From: Octopus vulgaris
Lineage: Eukaryota
DNA length: 64,000 bases
Reading direction: 5' to 3'
Assembly (NCBI GenBank): GCA_951406725.2
Contig: OX597841.1
Location: forward strand, 11,098,001 to 11,162,000
In this document: one piece after another, positions 14,386-27,880 of the stretch
Position numbering within the stretch: position 1 is the stretch's first letter
Layout of the letters: each line of letters opens with the position of its first letter
The notes under the pieces: model-generated
The model's input: only the letters and a program-made list of their open reading frames with translations
Database searches by the model: none
What the model was told of the DNA's origin: nothing
Program-made: the position numbers and the translations under genes

Positions 14386-15534
14386 GGTACTAGTCACGTA
14401 GACTGGACCCAGTGCTCGCATCCGCGCTAGCCAGTCGATCCTACAGCGACTTGCGTATGTAAATGAGCTGATTGGCAAAACAATTAGAAGCATTGAAAAA
14501 GAAAAAGCAAAACAACCTTAAGGACAGTCAAACCCTTTTTTTTTTTCAAAGTAGACCCCTACAGGGGACAATTCACTTGTGTTTCCTTTGAATAGCTACG
14601 GCAAACTGCAGCATGAAAATTAAAAAAAAAAGGTTTTAAAAAATTGGCTTAACCCCTCCCCAACAAGGTAATTTTACTGTAGGCTTCAACAGGAAAATCG
14701 GTTCCTGGTGACAAGCCAACAACATCGTGTGGTCAGAATTTAGTTGCCTCGTATGAAATGGTTCCCTGCGTTAACTTATGAGGCTCCTGTCAACGACCAA
14801 CTCTCTTCAATGTAAACTTATAGTAACCAAATTTCCCCCACGTAGAAATAAAACATTTCTATGAAGTAAAGGGTTACTTTACGTCTGGTTAAAAGTAAAC
14901 TCCTTTGATCAGGTCTGCACGACCAGGGCAGTCTTGGGACTGGGAACTGTTCAGCTGAAGTTAAAGACGAGAGTTCAGTTGGGTCTTTGGAGAAACTGAA
15001 AACAAGGAGCAAACACAGACCTTGTACAACTTCGGTCAAGAGATATCTTCCACCGAGCTGTTAGAAATAGCAGCCGAATTTTGTTTTAAAGTCAAACTGA
15101 ACAATGCAGTATTGGATTTACAACAAAGCGGGATGGCCACGACCAAAATGTCTAATAATTTAGGGTTGGTCAGGGGTTAAATTCCAGTTGAAAGAGAACG
15201 AGCATAGCTGAATGGTTAACGAAGTTTGCCGTAGCTATTCAAAGGAAACACAAGTGAATTGTCGCCTGTAGGGGTCTACTTTGAAAAAAGAAATGTTTTT
15301 CAATGCTTCTAATTGTTTTGTAAGGAAAAAAAAAACGCAATTGTCTTTAAAATAATATACACAGTATATAGTTGAAAAATATTTCCTAAGCTCCAGTAGG
15401 GGCTCGCTATTAACTTAGTTTTTGCAGTGTTGCGCCAATCAGCTCATTTGCATACGCAAGTCGCTGTAGGATCGACTACCTATGACTGGCTAGCACGGAT
15501 GCGCGCACCGGGTCCAGTCTCCACGACTAGTACC
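14386..15534. mobile_element. About 1.15 kb element with long (about 200 bp) terminal inverted repeats, nested in a SINE-A copy
   Basis: ggtactagtc...gactagtacc termini. Internal inverted matches (agtagacccctacagg / cctgtaggggtctact; gaatagctacggcaaact / agtttgccgtagctattc). SINE halves lie at about 14160-14380 and 15540-15680. Confidence 0.7.
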
Positions 15535-15729
15535 CGCATACATATATATACGACGGGCTTCTTTCCAGTTTCCGTCTACCAAATCCACTCACAAGGCTTT
15601 GGTTGGCCCTGACACGCAGTGGGACTGAACCCAGAAGCATGTGGTAGGTAAGCAAGCTACTTACCACACAGCCACTCCTGTGCTTATATATATTTCTTTC
15701 GCGTGTGTGTGTGAATATATATATATATA

Positions 15730-16077
15730 TCATCATCATCATCGTTTAGCGTCCGCTTTCCATGCTAGCATAGGTTGGACGGTTCAACTGGGGTCTGGGA
15801 AGCCAGAAGGCTTCACCAGGCCCAGTCTGATCTGGCAATGCTTCTATGGCTGGATGCCCTTCCTAACGCCAACCACTCCATGAGTGTAGTGGGTGCTTTT
15901 TACGTGCCACCGGCACAGGTGCCAGACGAGTCTGGCAAACGGCCACGATCGGATGGTGCTTTTTACGTGCCACCGGCACGAGGCCAGTCGGGGCGGTGCT
16001 GGCAACGGCCACGAATGGATGGTGCTTTTTACGTGCCACCGGTACGAGGCCAGTCGGGGTGGCGCTGGCAACGGCCA
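15730..16077 (-). mobile_element. RTE-tail-like retroposon with an internal cgtgccaccggcac minisatellite
   Basis: (GAT)n tail and ggatgcccttcctaacgccaaccact motif. Other copies at about 16460-16750, 18290-18862, 30390-30725, 43000-43245, 44535-45045, 62990-63395, 63550-64000. Confidence 0.75.
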
Positions 16078-16748
16078 TATATATATATATATATATTCAT
16101 TGAAGAATCTACAAGTTAGGGAAAATATGCACGCGTATATTCGTCAGTGGGGTGGGTATATTAATCAAAGTGTGTATGTTTAGATTTCGTGTGTTTGCTC
16201 CACGCCACTTTTTGTGGTCTGTTTACGTTCCCGTATTTGAGATATGGATAGAATAAATATAAGGCTTAAACAGAAAAAAGAAAAAAGGTAAAAAAAAAAA
16301 CAAGCGAAAAATAAGTTCATTCGACTGAAACTCTTCAAGGCCGTGCTCCAACTTGGCCACAATTCAATGTCTGAAAGAAAAGACGTGTGCATGTATGTAT
16401 ACATGCATTACTTTTGTATGTGCTCACATGTTTGTGTGTATGTGTTTATATATATATATATGGCCCCCGTGGCGGTGGCACATAGTACCATCCGTTTGTG
16501 GCTGTTGCCAGTCTCGCCTGGCCCCCGTGCCGGTGGCACGTAAAAAGCACCATCCGTCCGTGGCCGTTTGCCAGCCTCGCTTGGCCCCCGTGCCGGTGGC
16601 ACGTAAAAACACCATCCGTTCATGGCCGTTTGCCTGCTCTGTCTGGCTCCTGTGCGGGTGGCACGTAAAAAGCACCCACTACACTCGCGGAGTGGTTGGC
16701 GTTAGGAAGGGCATCCAGCCGTAGAAACACTGCCAGATCAGACTGGGC

Positions 16749-17340
16749 CTAATGCTTGACCACCTCATCCCATGTCTTCCTGGGTCTACCTCTACCCTGG
16801 ATTCCTTCCACTGTTAGGGAGTGGCGCTTCTTCACACATCGCTCCTCATCCATCCGTAGTACCTGACCATACCAACGCAAACGTCTCTCCTGCACGCCAC
16901 ATCTGATGCTTCTTATGTCCAACATTTCTCTCAGGGTGCTTACACTCTGTCGTGCATTCACACTGACATTACACATCCAGTGGATCATGCTAGCTTCATT
17001 TCTTTCGAGCCTACATGTGCCTTCAGCTGTCAAAGCCCATGTTTCACTGCTGTGAAGCATGGCAGTTTGCACACATGAATCATACAATCTACCTTTCACT
17101 CTGAGTGAGAGACCCTTTGTCGCCAGTAGGGGTAGGAGCTGTCTGAACTTTGCCCAGGCAATTCTTATTCTAGAGGTAACGTTCTCTGACCATCCACCCC
17201 CACTACAGACTTGGTCACCCAGGTAGCAGAAGCTATCAACTACTTCTAGTTTCTCTCCCAGGCATGTGATGGAATCTGTTTTCTGAGCATCTGTGGTGTT
17301 TATTGCCCCTGTGCATCTGCTGCACACCAAAGCTACCTTC
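16749..17340 (-). mobile_element. RTE-clade LINE ORF2 fragment (RT thumb and C-terminal region)
   Basis: ORF LEVVDSFCYLG...RIRIAWAKF...LYDSCV...ETW...RLRWYGQVLRMDEER...GRPRKTW, typical of RTE elements. Confidence 0.9.
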
Positions 17341-17953
17341 CCAGTTAATCTTATATGTATGTGTGTGTGTGTGTATTAGCAAGGAAAGCAGTTACAAATA
17401 AAATTGTTTGTCCATTTTGAACAAAGTCTTTTGTGATGTCTGTGTTCTGTGGCAATTGACAACCACTCCCTTATCAGTGTCAGCAACCACAATATACAGG
17501 TGTTTAGTCAGCTGGAAACATTTAATGTGACATGTGAAATATCTGTAATTTGTTATACTGTGATACAAATCACCATCGTCATTATCGTTTTGCCTCCCAC
17601 TTTTAATGAGGCAGACTTTCTAAGGTTAGATGACTTTCCTGTTGTCAACCGTTGCCCGGCAAGCTGGCAGAAACGTTAGCACCCCGGGCGAAATGCTTAG
17701 CGGTATTGCGTCTGTCGTTGTGTTCTGAGTTCAAATTCCGCCGAGGTCGACTTTGCCTTTCATTCTTTCGGGGTCGATAAATTAAGTACCAGTTACGCAC
17801 TGGGGTCGATGTTATCGACTTAATCCGTTTGTCTGTCCTTGTTTGTCCCCTCTATGCATGGCATCTTGGGCAAGTGTCTTCTGCTATAGCCCCGGGCCGA
17901 CCAATGCCTTGTGAGTGGATTTGGTAGACGGAAACTGAAAGAATCCTGTCGTA

Positions 17954-17998
<45 letters not shown>

Positions 17999-19101
17999 TT
18001 GTGTGTCTGTGTTTGTCCCCCTAGCATTGCTTGACAACCGATGCTGGTGTGTTTACGTCTCCGTTACTTAGCGGTTCGGCAAAAGAGACCGATAGAATAA
18101 GTACTAGGCTTACAAAGAATAAGTCCCGGGGTGGATTTGTTCGACTAAAGGCGGTGCTCCAGCATGGCCGCAGTCAAATGACTGAAACAAGTAAAACAGA
18201 GTAAAAGAGTATTGGTTTCTCGTCATAAGAAGACTTCAGTCATTCTGAAGCCGATCACATGAAGCACAATATTAATCCAGCGCCGCCTTGACTGGCCACC
18301 GTGCCGGTGGCACGTTAAAAGCACCATCCGAACGTGGCCGATGCCAACGCCGCCTTGACTGGCTTCTGTGCCGGTGCCACGTTAATAGCACCAACCGATC
18401 GTGTCCGCTGCCAGACTCCCCTGGCACTTATGCCAGTGGCACGTAAAAAGCACCATCCGAACGTGGCCGATGCCAGCGCCACCTTGACTGGCTTCCGTGC
18501 CGGTGGCACGTTAAAAAAACCAACCGATCGTGGCTGCTGCCAGACTCCCTTGGCACCTGTGCCAGTGGCACGTAAAAGGCACCCTCTGAACGTGGCCGAT
18601 GCCAGCGCCGCCTTGACTGGCTTCCGTGCCGGTGGCACGTTAAAAGCTCTAACCGATCGTGGCCGCTACCAGACTCCCCTGGCACGTAAGAAGCACCCAC
18701 TACACTCACGGAGTGGTTGGCGTTAGGAAGGGCATCCAGCTGTAGAAACACTGCCAGATCAGACTGGAGCCTGGTGCAGCCTCCTGGCTTCCCAGACCCC
18801 GGTCGAACTGTCCAACCCGTGCTAGCACGGAAAACAAACGTTAAACGATGATGATGATGATGAATGGAGACAAACGCTGATGTTCCATCTGAGAGGCGTC
18901 CATAATTGTTGAGGTCTTCCTTAACATGAAATCAAGAGTGGCCTTACTAAATGAATAAAAGGATCTTTGTCCCCAATGCGGTTTTGAGCATTCATTCTCA
19001 TTGTTCGATATTTACGTATATCTACCCCCACCCCCACCTACCCACCCATCTTTTCTTTTTTTGCTATTTATAATCTCGAATATAACCTGTTTATTGCAGA
19101 T

Positions 19102-19214
19102 ATGATGAGTGTTCTAAGGCAGGTCTGCAAAAATGCTGAAATCAACTGCAAAGTTCTTCTCCAAACCAAATATTTATCTCGACTCCAGCATCAATGTCTG
19201 TCACTTAATTACAG
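19102..19214 (+). CDS. FECH: Ferrochelatase first coding exon, mitochondrial presequence MMSVLRQVCKNAEINCKVLLQTKYLSRLQHQCLSLNY-S
   Basis: Polypyrimidine tract plus ttattgcag| at 19099, ATGATG at 19102, donor AG|gtaaat. Only one frame is open, and it ends in phase 2 matching exon 23678. R/K/S/L-rich with one acidic residue. Confidence 0.7.
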
Positions 19215-19856
19215 GTAAATTAAATGTCATTGTTCCTATATCTGTCTGCTGGTTGGTCAGGTAGTCTTGTTTGATGCTCCATCTGTCTCGGTCTCTCTCT
19301 CTTTGTTTCTTCTGTCTGTCTGTCTATCTAAAATCAAAAATAAGGGTGAAAAATTGGATATTCGTTACTGAATTTATTTTGAGCTGCTCAGTGTTTCTTA
19401 CAATTATGTTAAATAAAACAAAGAATTAAGTAAAATAACATCGTTATCATTAAGCTAGAGTTAGGGACATAAATTGTGACTAAGGTTTGGTGGAAGGTTT
19501 TAATTCAGAACTTTTGAAAACCAGACATTTGTACTAAAGAGCCAGAGCCGGTTTCAGCCGGGTTGGTAACGAAAGGGTTAATTTAATAATGCCATCAATT
19601 TAACACCAAGTGTTGTGGTGTTAAATTGGTGTTAAATTGATGGTATTATTAAATTAATATCCAATTTTTTCACCCTTATTTTTTATTTTAATTATACTGC
19701 AGTAAATTTTTTATGCAGTATTTGTTTCCGGAGGTCTTGGCGCGCTTTAACGAGGGCATTCGAATCATAACTGCAAGTATAATCGACTGAACTACTCGTG
19801 TGTTTGACGTTATGTTAAAATTTGGCGTGCGGTTTAGTAAATTGTATTCAAGACAG

Positions 19857-19933
19857 ATTCTACTGATGAACTATGGATATATTATGTAAGTAAAATTGCA
19901 TAATACATTAATAGCGAAACAACTGTCTAGAAT
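19857..19933 (+). ncRNA. Minimal type I hammerhead ribozyme motif within a Penelope-like repeat (about 19655-20080)
   Basis: ATTCTA-CTGATGA-long stem II (ctat..attatg/cataat..atag)-GAAAC-AACT-GTC-TAGAAT. Stem I is a perfect reverse complement. Confidence 0.75.
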
Positions 19934-20290
19934 TAATCTACATTTTTGTTATTTTTCATTTGCCCTGCTCGTTTACGTTAAAAGTTGTGCTAATTCTCCT
20001 TGGAAACAATTTTTGGTGGTTGAGACCATAGCGGATCTATTTTTAGCGCAAGAGTCGACCACATAGTGGACACTCTCTTATATTTGTGTATAAATGTTTA
20101 TCTATCTCTCTACACGTCTGCCTGCCTATCCTTGCCTGCCTATATCTGCTTGTCTCTGTCTCCCTGTTTTCCTCTCTCCACACCGTCACCTCCACCGTCT
20201 TTTCCTCACAATGTCTTTGTCCCCCCTCAGCTGACTGGTTACGGTGAGGGGGTGGGGCCAGTGATAGACAGAGAGATAGCGATAGATATA

Positions 20291-21060
20291 GGCGGCTAGC
20301 TGGCAGAACCATTAGCACACCGGGCAAAATGCATAGCCATGTTTCGTCTGTCGCTACGTTCTGAGTTCAAATTCCGCTGAGGTCGACTTTGCCTTTCATC
20401 CTTTCGGGGTCGATAAATTAAGTACCAGTTACGCACTGGGGTCGATGTAATCGACTTGATCCGTTTGTCTGTCCTTGTTTGTCCCCTCTGTGTTTAGCCC
20501 CTTGTGGGTAGTAAAGAAATAGGTATTTCGTCTGCCGTTACATTCTGAGTTCAAATTCCACCGAGGTCGACTTTGCCTTTCATCCTTTTGGGGTCGATAA
20601 ATTAAGTACCAGTTACGCACTGGGGTCGATGTAATCGACTTGATCCGTTTGTCTGTCCTTGTTTGTCCCCTCTGTGTTTAGCCCCTTGTGGGTAGTAAAG
20701 AAATAGGTATTTCATCTGTCGTTACGTTCAGAGTTCAAATTCCACCGAGGTCGACTTTGCCTTTCATCCTTTCGGGGTCGATAAATTAAGTACCAGTTAC
20801 GCACTGGGGTCGATGTAATTGACTTGATCCGTTTGTCTGTCCTTGTTTGTCCCCTCTGTGTTTAGCCCCTTGTGGGTAGTAAAGAAATAGGTATTTCATC
20901 TGTCTTTACGTTCAGAGTTCAAATTCCACCGAGGTCGACTTTGCCTTTCATCCTTTCGGGGTCGATAAATTAAGTACCAGTTACGCACTGGGGTTGATGT
21001 AATCAACTTAATCGCTTCCCCCAAATTTGAGGCTTTGTGCTTCCAGTAAAAAGGATTATT
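20291..21060 (+). mobile_element. SINE family B with a Deu/Nin-like domain, 4 tandem internal units
   Basis: Head ggcggc.agctggcagaa, B-box gagttcaaattcc, then gcctttcatcctttcggggtcgataaattaagtacc. Other copies at about 7380-7790, 17660-17850, 29042-29405, 31378-31966(-), 36165-36700, 45822-46057, 52392-52820. Confidence 0.8.
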
Positions 21061-21892
21061 ATTAAGGCTGGCCAGCTGACAGAATCGTTAGCATTCCAGG
21101 CAAAATGCTTGGCTGATGAAAATGAGTTCTCCCATCAGATGAAGCAATTCTCTTCCTTCGTTCTAATTCCTCGTAGTGTTTTCTATGCAGAGATATTGGG
21201 GAGGTTCGTCATTGCCTACACTATGCAGAATAAAAGTTAGGATGGTCACTACTGGAATGCCTTTGATCATAGGTTGGCTGGATCAGGACTGACCTGGGGC
21301 TAAACAAAAACAAGAGGAAGAAAGGACACATTAAATAATGTAGTCCTAGATACACTATGTCGGAATTAAAGACAGGATGGTCACAGCTAGGACATCTTTG
21401 ATCATAGGTTGGCTGGATCAGGACTGACCTGGGGCTAAACAAAAACAAGAGGAAGAAAGGACACATTAAATAATGTAGTCCTAGATACACTATGTCAGAA
21501 TTAAAGACAGGATGGTCACAGCTTTGCTCATGGCTGTGTCAGGTTATCACTACAGGCCTAGGGTGAAATTCTGCCATGACCACCACCACCAAAGTTCTGA
21601 TTTTTGGTGGGGGTGGTGGTGGTGGTGGTGGAGAGAGAAATATGTCATTATTATTTTAAATATGTTGCTTTGAGGATTTTAATTAACAATTACTATAATT
21701 AATATTTCTGTTAATTAAGTACAAAGCCATTAGTGACGTGGAGGTGAAGGGGAGGAAAATGAGAGCATTTTGGATAGGGAGGTATTTTGGTGGTCATTGT
21801 TGGGGTGGGGGCTTGTGTTATCTTGCGGTGGTGGTAGTTGCTATGGTGGTGGTTGTGCAATTGTAATAGCGTTAGTGGTCTGTATAGCAGTT

Positions 21893-21923
<31 letters not shown>

Positions 21924-22824
21924 CATAGGTGGTAGTGTTAGTTTAGTAGAGAGGGTACTGGTTGTAGTAATAGTAGCAGTGGTAGTAGATGTGTTCATTG
22001 TAGTATTGGCGATGGTAGTTTGCAGTGAGTTGTAGTCACGGTGCTAGCTGTAGCCGTGGTAGTTTTTCCATATAGTTGTTATCGCAGTAGAGGTAATGTT
22101 GTAGTAGTGGTGGCTCGGGTGGTAGTAGAGTAAATCATAGTAGTATAAGTAGTAGTAGTAGTAGTGGTGGTATTTGTGGCCATTGGTAATTGTAGTAGTG
22201 GTGGTGGTAGATACAACAAGAGCCATAGCATCAGTGGTGGTTCAGGTGGTAGCTGGTAGTAGTTGCAGTGAGCAGTGTTGTAGTAGTAGTAGTAGTAGTA
22301 GTAGTAGCAGCAGCAATTATTTCTGAATATAATTAGTTCATTATATATCTGTTTGATGGTGGTGGTGGGACAATGAACCATACTATGTGCAGTGTGGGTG
22401 CTAGCATTGATACGGCATGCCTGAACGTTGTAGCAATGACCTTATTAATCGCAACGGGTGTATATGTCTGTTGTCTGTCTATATATTTATGTGTGTGTGT
22501 GTGTGTGCACACTCACACGTCTATTTTATACAGTAAATGTATGAGAGTACATGTTGTATATACAAGTCTATTTTACGAATATATATATATATATATATAT
22601 GTATGGGTGTGTGTGTGTGTGTGTATATATATATAGACAAACATGTATGGTATGTATAGATATGCGTGTGTGTGTGTATGTATGTGTGTATGTGTGTGTG
22701 TATATGTATAGACAAACATGTATGGTATGTATAGATATGCGTGTGTGTGTATATATATATATATATATAGACAAACATGTATGGTATATATATATATATA
22801 TGTATGGGTGTGTGTGTGTGCGTG

Positions 22825-22860
<36 letters not shown>

Positions 22861-22939
22861 AATATGTATGGTGTATATATATATGTATAGGTGTGTGTGT
22901 TTGTGTGTATATATATATATATATGTATGGGTGTGTGTA

Positions 22940-22971
<32 letters not shown>

Positions 22972-23001
22972 GACAAACATGTATGGTATGTATAGATATG
23001 C

Positions 23002-23047
<46 letters not shown>

Positions 23048-23088
23048 GTATGGTATGTATAGACAAACATGTATGGTATGTATAGATA

Positions 23089-23128
<40 letters not shown>

Positions 23129-23270
23129 TGTATATATATATATAGACAAACATGTATGGTATATATATATATATGTATGGGTGTGTGTGTGTGCGTGTAA
23201 ATATATATATATATATATATATATAGACAAATATGTATGGTGTATATATATATGTATAGGTGTGTGTGTT

Positions 23271-23301
<31 letters not shown>

Positions 23302-23357
23302 GTATGGGTGTGTGTATGTGTGTGTATATATATATATATATAGACAAATATGTATGG

Positions 23358-23389
<32 letters not shown>

Positions 23390-23456
23390 GGTCTGTGTGT
23401 TTGTATATATATATATATATATATACAAGCATGTAGGTTATATATATAGATATGCA

Positions 23457-23505
<49 letters not shown>

Positions 23506-23677
23506 TTGGTGGTGATTGTGGGTGATGGTGATGATGGTGATGGTGATGGTGATGATTGTGATGGTGATGGTGATGGTGATGATTGTGATGGTTATGATGA
23601 TGATGATGATGACAGTGTTTGTATTTCATTCACTCCAACCATGACCTCACCCTGTTTTCTCTCTTCGTCTATTGCAG

Positions 23678-23800
23678 CACAAAACCCAAAACTGGAATCC
23701 TCATGCTGAACATGGGAGGCCCTGAAAACTTGGACGGGGTCCAGGACTTTCTGCAGAGGTTGTTTCTGGACAGGGACCTCATGAGCTTGCCTGCTCAAAA
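23678..23800 (+). CDS. FECH: Ferrochelatase exon [40 protein letters not shown]
   Basis: attgcag| ... AA|gtgagc, 123 nt, phase 2/2. Hallmark [10 protein letters not shown] and FLxRLFxDRDL. Confidence 0.97.
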
Positions 23801-23849
23801 GTGAGCCACACTTTTCTCCTCTCCTTTCACCAACGTATGCCATCAACAG

Positions 23850-23859
23850 CAACAACTAC

Positions 23860-23890
<31 letters not shown>

Positions 23891-23895
23891 GATAA

Positions 23896-23927
<32 letters not shown>

Positions 23928-24405
23928 ATACTGCTACCATTACTACTACTAATACTACTACTACTACTACTAATAATAATAATAATACTACTACTACTAC
24001 TGGTAATAATAATAATACTACTACTACTACTGGTAATAATAATAATAATACTACTACTACTACTACTAATAATAATAATACTACTACTAGTACTAATAAT
24101 ACTAATACTACTACTACTACTAATAATAATAATACTACTACTACTACTACTAATAATAATAATACTACTACTACTACTACTAATAATAATAATAATACTA
24201 CTACTACTACTACTACTAATAATAATAATAATAATACTAATACTATTACTACTAAAAATAATAATAATAATACTACTACTACTACTAATAATAATAATAA
24301 TAATACTACTACTACTAATAATAATAATAATACTAATACTACTACTAATAATAATAATACTACTACTACTACTACTACTACTACTAATAATAATAATAAT
24401 AACAA
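23850..24405. repeat. (ACT)n/(AAT)n microsatellite
   Basis: Directly visible. Confidence 0.95.
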
Positions 24406-24834
24406 TCCTTTCTATTATAGGCACAAGGCCTGAATTTTGCAGGTGGGAGGGGGTAAGTTGATTGCAAAGACCCCAGGGCGTAACTGGTATTTAGTTAACT
24501 GAGCCCAAAAGTACAAAAGGGAAAGTCGACCTCAGTCTACTATTACTACTACTACTAATAATAATTCTTTCTTCTAAATGCACGAGGCCTGGAATGCCTT
24601 GTATCTCTCTTTACTCTCTTACTTGTTTCTGTCATTTGACTGCGGCCATGCTGGAGCACCGCCTTTAGTCGAGCAAATCGACCCTGGGACTTATTCTTTG
24701 TAAGCCCAGTACTTATTCTATCGGTCTCTTTTGCCGAACCGCTAAGTGACGGGGACGTAAACACACCAGCATCGGTTGTCAAGCAATGCTAGGGGGGACA
24801 ATCACACACACACATATATATATATATATATACA

Positions 24835-26700
24835 TATATACGACAGGCTTCTTTCAGTTTCCGTCTACCAAATCCACTCACAAGGCATTGGTTGGCCCGG
24901 GGCTATAGCAGAAGACACTTGCCCAAGATGCCACGCAGTGGGACTGAACCCGGAACCATGTGGTTGGTAAGCAAGCTACTTACCACACAACCACTCCTAC
25001 ACCTATGATATATATATATACATACATACGATGGGCTTCTTCCAGTTTCCATCTACCAAATCCACTCACAAGGCATTGGTCGGCCCGAGGCTATAGCAGA
25101 AGACACTTGCCCAAGATGCCACGCAGTGGGACTGAACCCGGAACCATGTGGTTGGTAAGCAAGCTACTTACCACACAACCACTCCTACACCTATGATATA
25201 TATATATACATACATACGATGGGCTTCTTCCAGTTTCCATCTACCAAATCCACTCACAAGGCATTGGTCGGCCCGAGGCTATAGCAGAAGACACTTGCCC
25301 AAGATGCCACGCAGTGGGACTGAACCCGGAACCATGTGGTTGGTAAGCAAGCTACTTACCACACAGCCACTCCTGCACCTATGATATATATATATACATA
25401 CATACGATGGGCTTCTTCCAGTTTCCATCTACCAAATCCACTCACAAGGCATTGGTCGGCCCGAGGCTATAGCAGAAGACACTTGCCCAAGATGCCACGC
25501 AGTGGGACTGAACCCGGAACCATGTGGTTGGTAAGCAAGCTACTTACCACACAACCACTCCTACACCTATGATATATATATATACATACATACGATGGGC
25601 TTCTTCCAGTTTCCATCTACCAAATCCACTCACAAGGCATTGGTCGGCCCGAGGCTATAGCAGAAGACACTTGCCCAAGATGCCACGCAGTGGGACTGAA
25701 CCCGGAACCATGTGGTTGGTAAGCAAGCTACTTACCACACAACCACTCCTACACCTATGATATATATATATACATACATACGATGGGCTTCTTCCAGTTT
25801 CCATCTACCAAATCCACTCACAAGGATTTGGTCAGCCCGAGGCTATAGCAGAAGACACTTGCCCAAGATGCCACGCAGTGGGACTGAACCCGGAACCATG
25901 TGGTTGGTTAGCAAGCTACTTACCACACAACCACTCCTACACCTATGATATATATATATACATACATACGATGGGCTTCTTCCAGTTTCCATCTACCAAA
26001 TCCACTCACAAGGCATTGGTCGGCCCGAGGCTATAGCAGAAGACACTTGCCCAAGATGCCACGCAGTGGGACTGAACCCGGAACCATGTGGTTGGTAAGC
26101 AAGCTACTTACCACACAGCCACTCCTACACCTATGATATATATATATATACATACATACGATGGGCTTCTTCCAGTTTCCATCTACCAAATCCACTCACA
26201 AGGCATTGGTCGGCCCGAGGCTATAGCAGAAGACACTAGCCCAAGATGCCACGCAGTGGGACTGAACCCGGAACCATGTGGTTGGTAAGCAAGCTACTTA
26301 CCACACAGCCACTCCTACACCTATGATATATATATATACATACATACGATGGGCTTCTTCCAGTTTCCATCTACCAAATCCACTCACAAGGCTTTGGTCG
26401 GCCCGAGGCTATAGCAGAAGACACTTGCCCAAGATGCCACGCAGTGGGACTGAACCCGGAACCATGTGGTTGGTAAGCAAGCTACTTACCACACAGCCAC
26501 TCCTACACCTATGATATATATTATATACATACATACGATGGGCTTCTTCCAGTTTCCATCTACCAAATCCACTCACAAGGCTTTGGTCGGCCCGAGGCTA
26601 TAGCAGAAGACACTTGCCCAAGATGCCAAGCAGTGGGACTGAACCCGGAACCATGTGGTTGGTTAGCAAGCTACTTACCACACAGCCACTCCTGCGCCTA
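24835..26700 (-). repeat. Tandem array of about 10 x 188-bp SINE-A 5' halves
   Basis: gggactgaacccggaaccatg recurs every 188-190 bp. The single SINE tail is at 24605-24835. Confidence 0.95.
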
Positions 26701-26949
26701 TCTTACTACTACGACTAATAATAATAATAATAATAATAATAATGATTTCCAATTTTTGCCCCGAGGGCAATTTGTGTGAGGGGGTTAAGTCGATTACATG
26801 ACTCCCCCCCCCCAGTGTTTCACTGGTACTTAATTTATCGACCTTGAAAGGATGAAGGAGAAAAGTCAATTTGACTGAATTTGAACTCAGAACGTAACGA
26901 CAGGTGAAATACCAGCATCCTGATGAATCTGCCGGTTCACTATCTTACC

Positions 26950-27880
26950 ACTGCTACCACCACCACCACCACTACCACTACCACTACCACCACCACTACT
27001 GCTACTACCACTATTACCAGCACTACTACCACCACCACCACCACTACCACCACCACTACTGCTACTACCACTATTACCAGCACTACTACCACCACCACCA
27101 CCACCACTACTGCTACTACCACCATTACCACCACTACTACCACCACCACCACCACTACCACCACCACTACTGCTACTACCACTATTACCACCACTACTAC
27201 CACCACCACCACCACTACTGCTACTACCACTATTACCACCACTACTACCACCACCACCACCACTACCACCACCACTACTACTACTACCACCACTACCACT
27301 ATTACCACCACTACTACCACCACCACCACCACTACTACCACCACCACCACCACTACTACTACTACTACCACCACCACTACTGCTACTACCACTATTACCA
27401 CCACTACTACCACCACCACCACCACTACCACCACACACTCCTGCTACTACCACCACCACCACTACTGCTACTACCACCACCACTACTGCTACTACCACCA
27501 CCACTACTGCTACTACCACCACCACTACTGCCACTACTACTACCACCACCACTCCTACTACTACCACTACCACCACTACTACTACTACTATTACCACCAC
27601 CACTACCACTACCACCACTGCTACTACTACCACCACTACTGCTACTACCACTACCACCACTACTACTACTACCACCACCACTATTACCACCACTACTACT
27701 ACCACCACCACCACTGCTACTACTACTACCACTACCACCGCTACTACTACCACCACCACTACTGCTACTACTTCCACCATCACTGCTACTACTACCACTA
27801 CCACCACTACTACCACCACCACCACCACCACCACCACTACTACCACCACCACCACCACCACCACCACCACTACTACTACT
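26950..27880. repeat. (ACC)/(ACT) compound microsatellite
   Basis: Directly visible. Source of the poly-H/T/P/V/G ORFs. Confidence 0.95.

Noticed and set aside
21177-21203. 27-nt phase 2/2 micro-exon candidate in FECH intron (VFYAEILG)
   Set aside because: Weak donor (gttcgt) and no homology support.
24935-25010. tRNA-like A/B boxes as tRNA genes
   Set aside because: These are SINE heads. They have no complete cloverleaf and are followed by SINE body sequence.
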